Positions 19,457 through 27,839 of a stretch of DNA of 64,000 bases are shown piece by piece. The notes below the pieces were generated by a model. The model saw only the letters and a list, made by a program, of their open reading frames with translations, searched no databases and had not been told where the DNA came from. The stretch is from NCBI GenBank assembly GCA_016182085.1, contig JACOYB010000004.1, forward strand, positions 4,250 through 68,249, given 5' to 3'. This DNA is from Candidatus Magasanikiibacteriota bacterium (lineage in GTDB: Bacteria; Patescibacteriota; Patescibacteriia; Magasanikbacterales; GWA2-37-8). The first letter of the stretch is position 1, and each line of letters starts with the position of its first letter. Made by a program: the position numbers and the translations under genes.

Positions 19457-20014
19457 TTATACTGATAATTCTTCCGGAGTATTATTAGTTTTATTTTTTT
19501 TGAGAAAAGTCAGGCTAAAGATAAACAATAAAGTAGAAGTAGTAGCCGAAACCATGCAGAAAATACAAATGGCTTTAATAACAAATATTTGTAAATAGAC
19601 AAATCTTAAGGAAAATAAAAAGCCAAATAAGGTGAGCAGGCTTACAAGCAGTAGAGGCGCTCGTTGTTTGGTTTGCAGGTAAATAGTAATGAGAAGTAAT
19701 ACAGACAGATAATACAGAGCGCCTAAAAGAGCCACAGGCAAGCCAAACATAATAGAATACTCGCTCGCAGTTACCTGCTCGCAGCCGTGCAAAATAGAGC
19801 AGGTAATTGGCTCTCCCAGGAAGTGTTTTGCCGTAAGATAAGTAGCATCAACAAAGCCGACAGCGCTTACGGCTAGAAAACCAAATGAAAATTTATTAGA
19901 GGGCGCCGCCAGCTTGCTGGATAATAGTTCTAAACTCTTCATAAGTTTTAGGGTTTTGTATTTTTTGATTGTTGAGGAAGAAACTAGGGGTGCCGTCAAC
20001 TTCGTTGGCGCCAC
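19457..20014 (-). CDS. Vitamin K epoxide reductase (VKOR) family membrane protein
   Basis: TM helices, CIFC active-site motif and upstream loop Cys pair (CSILHGC). Confidence 0.75.
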   Translation of the reverse strand: MAPTKLTAPLVSSSTIKKYKTLKLMKSLELLSSKLAAPSNKFSFGFLAVSAVGFVDATYLTAKHFLGEPITCSILHGCEQVTASEYSIMFGLPVALLGALYYLSVLLLITIYLQTKQRAPLLLVSLLTLFGFLFSLRFVYLQIFVIKAICIFCMVSATTSTLLFIFSLTFLKKNKTNNTPEELSV

Positions 20015-20636
20015 TTTGATAGTCGCTAGTTATTTTTGTTTTAGCTGTTGCGGATTTAAAATCAGTCTTGAATTTTTCCATATCCAAGCCTAATTTTTCG
20101 GCATAGATATTAAAGGCTTCTTCAGGGTTAGGTGATACGGACCAAAATTTTTGATTTTCAAATAGCATGTCGTGCATTTCCCAGAATTTGCCTTGCTTTC
20201 CGGCAGCTTCCGCGGCTTGGGCCGCTGGCCTGGCATTATCATGTTGAGGTAACGGAAAGTGTCTGTACACGATCGCTAAATTTTTAAATTCTTTGCCAAG
20301 CTGTTTGACCATTGGATAGTATGCGCCGCAAGCCGGACATTGAAAGTCGCTATATTCAGTTAATACCACTTTAGCTTCTGCAAGCGTCGCGCCTTTTACC
20401 CAGTCACTGGCATCAGCCGGTTTTACCGTTCCGCCGGCAAATTGAGGTCCTGATTTTTTTGAGGCGAGGGCAATCATGGCGCCTATAGTTCCAACCACAA
20501 ATACGGTAATAACCGTCCAGAGGATGGCTGATTGCATTTTCTTTTTATTTTTTTCTTCCATTTGTTTATTTATTTTTTCTTCACGTTTTGTTTCCTGGCG
20601 TTCCTTATGGCTTAGATTTTGTTCGTTTTGTTCCAT
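19896..20636 (-). CDS. Membrane-anchored DsbA-like thioredoxin-fold oxidoreductase (CPAC)
   Basis: EYSDFQCPACGAY active site; N-terminal TM anchor; 3' end overlaps VKOR ORF by ~119 nt in a different frame. Confidence 0.75.
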   Translation of the reverse strand: MEQNEQNLSHKERQETKREEKINKQMEEKNKKKMQSAILWTVITVFVVGTIGAMIALASKKSGPQFAGGTVKPADASDWVKGATLAEAKVVLTEYSDFQCPACGAYYPMVKQLGKEFKNLAIVYRHFPLPQHDNARPAAQAAEAAGKQGKFWEMHDMLFENQKFWSVSPNPEEAFNIYAEKLGLDMEKFKTDFKSATAKTKITSDYQSGANEVDGTPSFFLNNQKIQNPKTYEEFRTIIQQAGGAL

Positions 20637-20762
20637 ATCAAAATGATTAGTATTTACATACTACAGACCGTAGTATGTAAATTATATATCGGAATCAATA
20701 AAAGGTCAATAATATTTGTAGATACGTTGAACCCACCTTTGCTCAAGATGGGTAAGTCATTT

Positions 20763-21437
20763 TTATTCACAAACACGCTTGCTCTCCTCACTCGCTTCAA
20801 ACGATTCGGATGGGCACCTGCAGCTGTCATAGAATGTACCTTCGCACCACGTTTCGTCATGGGGCGGGCATTCTTGGTGCAGATTGCATAAATCGTTCAT
20901 ATCTATGGGCAAAACTTTATTTCCCTTGCCCCACGACATGATGGAGTAGGTGTCTCGGTGGTTTAGCCCCAAAGCATGGCCAAACTCGTGAGCTGAGGTA
21001 GGTGTGGTAATTTGCCCAGGATCGTTGAAGATGATCCGAGGCGAGCCGGAGTCGGTTAGGTAACAGCCGAAATATTTGGTTGGGGGCACTCCAAGTACAC
21101 AGCCATTTTCTTTTATCTGCAGAGAGATAGGGAAGTTAACTGCCCTGAGAGGCATCTCCTCTGGAGAAAATACGATGATGGTTTTTGGTCTGAATCTTTT
21201 GGGAAAATGCTTAAACCAATCATCAAGTCCGGCTCTAAACACATCCAATCTTTTCTTTACACAAACATCAGTATCACCATCACAACCTGTGCTGAAACTG
21301 GGATCTACAACGAAGTAGATCGGTTCCCGCAGATTCAGATAGTATGTGGGTGATTCTTGAGAAAGAATAAAACTGGTTAATCCAAGAGCAAGAGCTAATC
21401 CCATTGCCACCTTGGCCATGAAATATTTGGCGCGCAT
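20763..21437 (-). CDS. Secreted metzincin-type zinc metalloprotease (matrixin/M10-like)
   Basis: Signal peptide; HEFGHALGLNH zinc-binding motif followed by Met-turn (SIM). Confidence 0.7.
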   Translation of the reverse strand: MRAKYFMAKVAMGLALALGLTSFILSQESPTYYLNLREPIYFVVDPSFSTGCDGDTDVCVKKRLDVFRAGLDDWFKHFPKRFRPKTIIVFSPEEMPLRAVNFPISLQIKENGCVLGVPPTKYFGCYLTDSGSPRIIFNDPGQITTPTSAHEFGHALGLNHRDTYSIMSWGKGNKVLPIDMNDLCNLHQECPPHDETWCEGTFYDSCRCPSESFEASEESKRVCE

Positions 21438-21527
21438 GCTGTACTCCTCTACGCGTCAAACGCGTTGTGAATTGTAAAAGTTCGCTACTCTTTTAAGGTA
21501 GCATATTTTTGAGAAGCAAGCGAGTAT

Positions 21528-22256
21528 TTAGGGCAAGATAGGGGTGTTTCCTTTTTGTTTAGACATTTTGGAAAATAAAGGCATATACATGTCTTCTCGT
21601 ATATCAATATGCAGTTCTTTAGCATTTATTTTTTCACAAAATTCAATCGGCGCGTTTTTAATAATTGCAAGCGGCTGTCTTTCTTTGCCTTCACCCATAA
21701 CCAGCACTGCCGCCGTGGCCAGGCTATCGGCTATATCAACTTTGGAAAATTCAAATTTTTTGCCAAAGATATCGGATGTGCCAATATAATTTTTAATTCC
21801 TTTTAAACCAGCGTATCCTAGCGCTACGCCGGTGATGCCAGCGCGCAGCGGCATAGTGCGGCCATCGGTAATAAGCACGCCTAAATTTTTTATTTTATAT
21901 TTTTTTCGTAATTGCAGGCGCAGATTGTGGGCGGATTTGAAACTGTCTTTTGGCAGGAGTATTAGTTTGCCACCCGCATTGGATTCGTCTATGCCGGCCG
22001 AAGCCATGACCATGTTGTCTTTTATCGTAAGCCAGACATATTTGGTGGGCATTGCCATTTGGCTTTCAGCGATGATCAACCTTTCTTTTTCTTTGTGATT
22101 TTTTACCATCGCTGTCCGATTTTCTGCCAGAGCTACGATTTTGGAAGTAACCACCAAGACTGATTTTTCCGGCAATTTTTTTATATAATGTGTAATAAAA
22201 TTAAAAAGATTTTTACCTTCTTTAAATACCCGGGTTTTTATTGGTTTGACGATCAT
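21528..22256 (-). CDS. CofE-like (F420-0:gamma-glutamyl ligase family) protein
   Basis: ..ASAGIDESNAG.. and ..GVLITDGRTMPLRAGITGVALG.. motifs typical of the CofE/F420 ligase domain. Confidence 0.6.
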   Translation of the reverse strand: MIVKPIKTRVFKEGKNLFNFITHYIKKLPEKSVLVVTSKIVALAENRTAMVKNHKEKERLIIAESQMAMPTKYVWLTIKDNMVMASAGIDESNAGGKLILLPKDSFKSAHNLRLQLRKKYKIKNLGVLITDGRTMPLRAGITGVALGYAGLKGIKNYIGTSDIFGKKFEFSKVDIADSLATAAVLVMGEGKERQPLAIIKNAPIEFCEKINAKELHIDIREDMYMPLFSKMSKQKGNTPILP

Positions 22257-22266
22257 ATATTAAAAT

Positions 22267-22626
22267 TTATTTGCGAGTGCGGGAAATTTCTATGCCGACT
22301 GATTTAAGAAAATTAAAACGGTTTGGCTTTTCAACTCTTACCATAACATATCGGACACGCGGGTTAAAGGCAAGGCTGTAGTCGCCGATAGCGCTGGCCA
22401 AAGTTTCAATAAGGCCAAATCGCGAAGTGCCGGCTAGTTCTAAAATGTACCGGTAAACTGGCCGATAATCAACCGTTTTATTAAGGTCGTCATCGGCAAT
22501 GGCTTCAATTACATCGGCGGCTAATTCCACATTTATTAAAATATCCTGCATTTCTTTTTTTTCTTCTTCATTAATACCAATCTGGCAGCGCACCAAGAGG
22601 TCTTTTATAAATATTTTTCCAAGCAT
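22267..22626 (-). CDS. folB: Dihydroneopterin aldolase
   Basis: 119 aa, conserved FolB pattern (RCQIGINEEE..LIETLA). Confidence 0.7.
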   Translation of the reverse strand: MLGKIFIKDLLVRCQIGINEEEKKEMQDILINVELAADVIEAIADDDLNKTVDYRPVYRYILELAGTSRFGLIETLASAIGDYSLAFNPRVRYVMVRVEKPNRFNFLKSVGIEISRTRK

Positions 22627-22778
22627 ATGTTTGTTGAATTATTATTTTAATTTATGACAAACAAAAAACCGCCGATAGGGCGGGAAAGAATACAAAATTC
22701 ACCCGCTCCTATTAGTCAGAAGGGTTGTGGTCAGTAAATCCGGACCAAGTAACTGTGTATTTATTATGAAGCATAATG

Positions 22779-23777
22779 TTATTTTTTCATCCCATGATGA
22801 ACCGTTTCTTTACTGCGGATCCATAGAGCGCCAACGACAGAAATTAATAGAGAGATGCCCACGACAATGCTAAAGGCATGGAGCGAGTTAGCAAATGGCA
22901 GAGATACATTCATACCATAAAATGTGCCAACAAGAGTTGGAAGCATTAGGATAAGGGTGAGTCTGGTCAGCCAATTAACGGTGCGAGTAAGGTTGTTGGA
23001 AATTAAGGAGCTTAAAGCGTTACGGGTATCTTCCGCAATGTGGCCATATACTTTTACCACCTCTAAAGCCTGGCGCATTTCATCCAGGGTATCATCAAAC
23101 AACTCTCGATCATCCTCGGTTTCCATAAAACCGCGCCGGCGGGCAAGTTTTTCTAAAACAATATAGTTTGACGATAAAGCTGCGTTGAAATAAACCAGAG
23201 AGCGTTCAATACTTAACAAGTCAATAATTTCTTTATCTAATTCTCTTAAACGGCGTTCAGCCAGAGGAATTTGTAAGCGGTTATATAAATCGCGAAGGTA
23301 GCGCAGATAAATTTTTGCGGTAATCAAAAGTACTTTGGTGACAAATTGCGGCTGGTGCTGGGTGTCTACAATATGGTTGCGGCTGGTATTTTTTATTTTT
23401 GTTTCCAAATAACTAATCACGTCGTTTTTTCTGGCGCTTATCGTTACTATGCATTGCGGTGTCAGCAGTATGGCGAGTGGATTTACGGAGTATTTAATAT
23501 CCAACTGCTCTGTATCTTTGGGCGGGGTAGAGAGCGGCGTCTGCGCGAGCAAGTAAAACATACCGTCCAACCTGTCCAGTTTTGGCACTTCGTTTACATC
23601 GCGCACATCAGTAATTACCTCCTCAGGAATCTTAATGAGGGGGGCAAGCGCGATGATATCGTCTTCAGTCGGAGATTCTAATTCAACCCACACTTCCGAA
23701 ACTTCTTTCATCTGCTGTTGGGTAAGATTGGGAAGCACCTCTGATTTTCCATCGTGAATTGAGTATATACTAAACAT
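22779..23777 (-). CDS. corA: CorA-family Mg2+/Co2+ transporter
   Basis: C-terminal two TM helices with YGMN motif (LVGTFYGMNVSLP); start placed at ATG 23777 (ORF extends to TTG at 23828). Confidence 0.8.
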   Translation of the reverse strand: MFSIYSIHDGKSEVLPNLTQQQMKEVSEVWVELESPTEDDIIALAPLIKIPEEVITDVRDVNEVPKLDRLDGMFYLLAQTPLSTPPKDTEQLDIKYSVNPLAILLTPQCIVTISARKNDVISYLETKIKNTSRNHIVDTQHQPQFVTKVLLITAKIYLRYLRDLYNRLQIPLAERRLRELDKEIIDLLSIERSLVYFNAALSSNYIVLEKLARRRGFMETEDDRELFDDTLDEMRQALEVVKVYGHIAEDTRNALSSLISNNLTRTVNWLTRLTLILMLPTLVGTFYGMNVSLPFANSLHAFSIVVGISLLISVVGALWIRSKETVHHGMKK

Positions 23778-23887
23778 ATTTAAGTGCAATAATAGCCATA
23801 GTATATCTAAGAAAGTGAAATTTAACAAGCTTAAGAAGCATTCCTTAGAGTTCCTCTAAAACAGTATCTAATTAGAGTTTGTGCTTA

Positions 23888-23920
23888 AACAAAAAGAGAG
23901 GCCCGATTCCAGACCTCTCT
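23888..23920 (-). terminator. Rho-independent terminator (minus strand) downstream of small membrane protein gene
   Basis: agagagg-cccgattccagac-cctctct hairpin with A-run on plus (= T-run on minus). Confidence 0.5.
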
Positions 23921-23931
23921 TTGTATGTTGT

Positions 23932-24186
23932 TTAAAGCGGTCCGACTTTACCCCAGAACATGACTTTCCAGTCGTTGTCGTCGCCGTCGGAAACCCAAGC
24001 GCCAAACGGACGCCAGCCCGAACCAAGCTGGGCATAAGGTTTCATCCAGCCATTTTCCATGCGGTACTTATAATCCGCGGTGGACTTCACCTTTTTAATA
24101 GCGCCGCCTTTTACCCACGGAGCCCAGAAAAGAAGACCGACAACTGCCACTGCGACCAGCAGGGCAATCACAAGTTTTTTTCTCAT
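23932..24186 (-). CDS. Small membrane-anchored hypothetical protein (84 aa, W-rich)
   Basis: N-terminal TM helix; own terminator. Confidence 0.4.
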   Translation of the reverse strand: MRKKLVIALLVAVAVVGLLFWAPWVKGGAIKKVKSTADYKYRMENGWMKPYAQLGSGWRPFGAWVSDGDDNDWKVMFWGKVGPL

Positions 24187-24244
24187 ATGCTTGCTGCATT
24201 TAAAAATTAAAACTCTTTATATATATGATACACGAATTTCGCTT

Positions 24245-24263
24245 GTCGGGGTAGTGGGACTTG
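24245..24263. repeat. 19-nt direct repeat duplicating the 3' end of tRNA-Pro (T-loop to discriminator + 2-nt flank); att-like scar
   Basis: GTCGGGGTAGTGGGACTTG identical at 24245-24263 and 24587-24605. Confidence 0.7.
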
Positions 24264-24587
24264 GCCTCGACTCATAATGCCCGCGAGCATTATGGTCTGG
24301 CCACCGCCTCGCCATCCGCGCGAGCGGATATGGCTCCGGCGTTCAAGTCCCAACACGAGCAAAACTTTTTGCTCGTTCTACCTCTCCTCATTTCATTCGT
24401 CGGCCTAATATCGCAATTACAGAACTTCATCGGCTTTACACCGCCATCTCACGGGCAGTGGAACGCGCGCCAGAAGATCTCCAGATAGAGAGTTCCAGTT
24501 CCCATTCCCTTACCTGATTGAGCCAAAGAACAACCAAAAGGCCTCATGTGATGCAGGAATGATAACAGTTCGATATGTTCTGATTCC

Positions 24588-24661
24588 GTCGGGGTAGTGG
24601 GACTTGAACCCACAATCCCCTGCTCCCAAAGCAGGTGCTCTAGCCAATTGAGCCATACCCC
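24588..24661 (-). tRNA. tRNA-Pro (anticodon TGG)
   Basis: Cloverleaf on reverse complement: CGGGGTA acceptor, D arm, anticodon loop tTTGGGa, T arm GTGGGTTCAAGTCCCAC. Confidence 0.85.
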
Positions 24662-24673
24662 GTTTATATTATC

Positions 24674-24746
24674 TCGTGCCGCGAGTCAGAGTCGAACTGA
24701 CCACGCCAGCCTCTTCAGGGCTGCGCTCTACCGATGAGCTATCGCG
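24674..24746 (-). tRNA. tRNA-Phe (anticodon GAA)
   Basis: Reverse complement GCCGCGATAGCTCATCGGTAGAGC..CTGAAGA..GGTCAGTTCGACTCTGAC..CGCGGCA folds as canonical tRNA. Confidence 0.85.
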
Positions 24747-24752
24747 GCTTAT

Positions 24753-24989
24753 TTATATCCTATTTTTTAAAAATCGTCTACCGAAACCAGTTTTGAAATA
24801 TTTTTCCCTGGCCAGTGCTTTATTTTTAGATAAACACGCTTCGTAATATACCAATTGAAGTGGTCGTCTAGCTAATGTGGCCGGCACATGTCCGTCACAG
24901 TGTTCTTTGAATCTAATCTTTAAATTTTCGCTATATCCAATGTAAAGTTTGCTATCTTTTAAGCTTTTTAATACATAAGTATAGTGCAT
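24753..24989 (-). CDS. GIY-YIG nuclease family protein (UPF0213-like, 79 aa) inserted between tRNA-Phe and tRNA-Ala
   Basis: MHYTYVLKSLKDSKLYIGYSENLKIRFKEH...RPLQLVYYEAC matches GIY-YIG motif; start at ATG 24989 (upstream part of the ORF is tRNA/repeat sequence). Confidence 0.7.
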   Translation of the reverse strand: MHYTYVLKSLKDSKLYIGYSENLKIRFKEHCDGHVPATLARRPLQLVYYEACLSKNKALAREKYFKTGFGRRFLKNRI

Positions 24990-25055
24990 ATTAATGTGGC
25001 TGCGCTCCCGCGCCCGCAACGCCTGAGCAAGCTCAAGCTTGCGATGGCGGGCGGG

Positions 25056-25077
25056 TACCGATGAGCTATCGCGGCTT
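25056..25077. repeat. 22-bp direct repeat duplicating the 5' end of tRNA-Phe plus 3 flanking nt; together with 24727-24748 it brackets the GIY-YIG gene
   Basis: TACCGATGAGCTATCGCGGCTT identical at both sites. Confidence 0.7.
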
Positions 25078-25080
25078 TTG

Positions 25081-25153
25081 TGGACCCTATCGGGCTCGAA
25101 CCGATCACCCCCGCGTTGCAAACGCGGTGCTCTACCAAATGAGCTAAGGGCCC
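25081..25153 (-). tRNA. tRNA-Ala (anticodon TGC)
   Basis: Reverse complement GGGCCCTTAGCTCATTTGGTAGAGC..TTTGCAA..GGTTCGAGCCC..AGGGTCCA; G3:U70 Ala identity pair present. Confidence 0.85.
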
Positions 25154-25190
25154 GTAACCAATTAAAAAAGTAAAAATATTCTATCAATAG

Positions 25191-25219
25191 TTAACAAAAA
25201 AGTCAACTGATGATATAAT
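25191..25219 (+). promoter_or_regulatory. Sigma70-like promoter TTAACA-17-TATAAT upstream of the MgtC-family gene
   Basis: Seen directly. Confidence 0.4.
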
Positions 25220-25252
25220 GATTTTGTCTTTATTAATTAAAATTAATATATT

Positions 25253-25672
25253 ATGGGACAGTTCTCTATGTTGGGGCAAGTAATTTTGGCCTTGTTGTTG
25301 GGAGGGCTTTTAGGTTGGCAAAGAGGTGCAAGAGGCAAATGGGCTGGGCCGCGAACATTTGCGTTTGTAGCTGGGGGTTCAGCACTATTTACGGTACTAT
25401 CTCTTTATGCTTTTGGAGCTGATATAGCCAGAATTGCTTCGCAAATTGTCGTAGGGATAGGTTTTTTGGGCGCAGGTACCATTTTACATACAGAAAACAG
25501 GGTGGTTGGTCTTACGACAGCTGCCGGACTTTGGATGGCATCTGCCATCGGGATGTCTGTGGGAGTCGGTTATTATTTGTTAGCTGTTTTAGTAAGTTTG
25601 CTGGCCCTCGGTATTTTTATGATGGATGATAGAAACTACGAAAAAAATTTGGAAAACAAAGATACTAAGTAA
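25253..25672 (+). CDS. MgtC/SapB-family membrane protein
   Basis: LLGGLLGWQRG and following four TM helices typical of the MgtC N-terminal domain. Confidence 0.6.
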   Translation: MGQFSMLGQVILALLLGGLLGWQRGARGKWAGPRTFAFVAGGSALFTVLSLYAFGADIARIASQIVVGIGFLGAGTILHTENRVVGLTTAAGLWMASAIGMSVGVGYYLLAVLVSLLALGIFMMDDRNYEKNLENKDTK

Positions 25673-25754
25673 TTTTCTTTTTGAAGCAGACCAGAAAAAT
25701 AATCGTAATAAAAATAACCCGCCCAGATTCTTGGACGGGTTATTTTAAATATTG

Positions 25755-26822
25755 TTATTCTTCAGTTGGGGGCGGCGCATTCTCGTCTTCATCGGCCGGT
25801 TCTTCTTCCGGAGCTTCGCCCTTCTCTACTACTTCCCAAATGTCTTTGGAAATAGCCTTCAGAAGTTTAGGATTCTCTCTTAAGAATTTTTTAGCGGTTT
25901 CTCTGCCCACACCCAGTTTTTCATCGCCATAGCTGTAAGAATTTCCGGATTTATTTATAACTTTATAAATGACGCCGTTATCAAGCACATCACCGGAAAC
26001 AGAAATACCTTCGTTATACATGATATCAAACTCACAGGTGCGGAATGGGGGAGCGACTTTATTTTTTACAACTTTAACTTTCACTCGGTTGCCGATAATT
26101 TTATCACCCTGTTTGATTTGCGCGGCGCGGCGAACTTCTATACGCAGAGAAGAATAAAATTTCAAAGCATTGCCGCCAGTGGTTGTTTCCGGATTACCAA
26201 ACACAATCCCAATTTTCATTCTGGTTTGGTTAATAAAAACAACGACAGTTTTGGATTTGCTGATAATACCAGTCAATTTTCGCAGAGCCTGACTCATAAG
26301 TCTGGCCTGTAAGCCCATATGTGAATCGCCCATCTCACCTTCAATTTCCGCTTTTGGCACTAGGGCCGCAACCGAGTCTATAACAATTACATCCACCGCG
26401 TTGGAACGTACCAAAGTTTCTACGATATCCAAGGCTTGTTCGCCAGTATCTGGCTGGGAGATTAAAAGCTCGTCTACTTTTACACCGATTTTTTTCGCGT
26501 AATCCGGGTCTAGTGCGTGTTCGGCATCCACAAACGCGGCAATGCCGCCCAGTTTTTGCACTTCAGCCACAATGTGTTGAGCGAGCGTGGTTTTACCCGA
26601 GGCTTCCGGCCCATAAATTTCAACGATACGTCCGCGCGGCACTCCGCCTACGCCTAAGGCGATATCAAGTGATAAACATCCGGTAGGTACGGCATCCACT
26701 TCCATGGTTTTGGATTCACCGAATTTCATTATCGCTCCATCTCCGAATTTACTTTTAATCTGTTCTATGGCGCTTTCCGCGGCCTTCAATTTCTCCTTTA
26801 CCTCCTCGGATATTTTTGGCAT
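25755..26822 (-). CDS. recA: Recombinase A
   Basis: Walker [12 protein letters not shown], full-length RecA. Confidence 0.95.
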   Translation of the reverse strand: MPKISEEVKEKLKAAESAIEQIKSKFGDGAIMKFGESKTMEVDAVPTGCLSLDIALGVGGVPRGRIVEIYGPEASGKTTLAQHIVAEVQKLGGIAAFVDAEHALDPDYAKKIGVKVDELLISQPDTGEQALDIVETLVRSNAVDVIVIDSVAALVPKAEIEGEMGDSHMGLQARLMSQALRKLTGIISKSKTVVVFINQTRMKIGIVFGNPETTTGGNALKFYSSLRIEVRRAAQIKQGDKIIGNRVKVKVVKNKVAPPFRTCEFDIMYNEGISVSGDVLDNGVIYKVINKSGNSYSYGDEKLGVGRETAKKFLRENPKLLKAISKDIWEVVEKGEAPEEEPADEDENAPPPTEE

Positions 26823-26904
26823 ACAAGCTTTGCATTATGAATAATGAGCCATAAGTTATGGACCCAAAAGGTCCTTAGCATATAATTCACAATTCACAAT
26901 TCGT

Positions 26905-27606
26905 TTAGAAGTTTGATTCTATTTTTTTAACGGTCAAATTATTGGATTTGACGATAATGTGCCGGGTAACCATTGTGGTTTTGCCGTGTTTTTTGATTGC
27001 AGATATAGTAATCGTATTTACTCCATTTGACAAGTCAATTGGCACTTCAAACCTTCCTTGATTATTTGCCATGGCCTCCTTGCCGTTTACGGTCAGACGT
27101 ACCTCTTTTTCAGTTTCACCTTGCACGATTGCTACCGGCTTATTGGAAATATACCCTTCAATAGGGCTAAATACAGCCAGTTTTGGCGGCTGTAAAATGC
27201 CATTTACTTGCCAGATAAGATAACTGACAAATCCAACCACTAAAACTCCCAGGGAAACATATCTAAAAAGATTGGATAATGAACTCATACGCCATAATCG
27301 TAAGACACGAAGCGGGTGAGTCGGCTTGTAATTGTGCAAATCCGATTCTTGTGAAAATTGATGCAAAAAGCTGGCTGGATTTAAATTCAGAGTTTCCGCG
27401 TACTGACGGATATAAGCCAAACGGTGGGCTTTGGCTTGGGGTAGTTCTTTAAAACGCGCGCTTTCAATGGCCTCTAAATATTTTATTGGTATCCTCGTTT
27501 TTTTAGAGATATCTTCCAAAGATAAGCATAGTTCTCGGCGAGTTTTTTTTAAACGTTCTCCCACCCGGATCAGCGGCTCTAATTTTTTTAGACAAAACAC
27601 TGCCAT
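26905..27606 (-). CDS. XRE-type HTH domain membrane protein, RodZ-like
   Basis: N-terminal HTH (LKKTRRELCLSLEDISKKTRIPIKYLEAIE), single TM, C-terminal beta-rich domain. Confidence 0.5.
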   Translation of the reverse strand: MAVFCLKKLEPLIRVGERLKKTRRELCLSLEDISKKTRIPIKYLEAIESARFKELPQAKAHRLAYIRQYAETLNLNPASFLHQFSQESDLHNYKPTHPLRVLRLWRMSSLSNLFRYVSLGVLVVGFVSYLIWQVNGILQPPKLAVFSPIEGYISNKPVAIVQGETEKEVRLTVNGKEAMANNQGRFEVPIDLSNGVNTITISAIKKHGKTTMVTRHIIVKSNNLTVKKIESNF

Positions 27607-27617
27607 ATGCTACTTTC

Positions 27618-27832
27618 TTGTCATGCTGAATTTATTTGCAAGTCGAGTGAGAGAAAAGTAAAAGTTTACTTTTCCGAACGAGCGAAGCAAATATGTTTTA
27701 ACTATATTTCAGCATCTTCATTTGTCATTCCCGCAACAGTGGGAATCCAGTATCCATAAATTGTCTGGATTCCCGCCTTGGCGGGAATGACAATGTACGT
27801 ATAGAGATCCTGAAACAAGTTCAGGATGACAG
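27618..27832. repeat. Composite copy of nested palindromic intergenic repeat (GTCATGCTGAAAT / ATTTCAGCATC IR; GTCATTCCCGC-aaca-GTGGGAATCCAG; CTGGATTCCCGCCTTGGCGGGAATGACA; ATCCTGAAACAAGTTCAGGATGAC)
   Basis: Seen directly. Confidence 0.8.
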
Positions 27833-27839
27833 TTATTTG

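Noticed and set aside
24261-24488. 75-aa plus-strand ORF inside the tRNA-Pro-associated insert
   Set aside because: No SD, low-complexity product, overlaps hairpin structures; likely non-coding.
24245-24587. Possible tmRNA, RNase P or SRP RNA on minus strand
   Set aside because: None of the conserved motifs (tmRNA tag-reading frame, RNase P P4, SRP domain IV GGAA loop) were found by eye. Cannot exclude a novel ncRNA.
24230-25160. Prophage or integrase at the tRNA cluster
   Set aside because: No integrase, recombinase or phage structural genes; only att-like repeats and a GIY-YIG gene.
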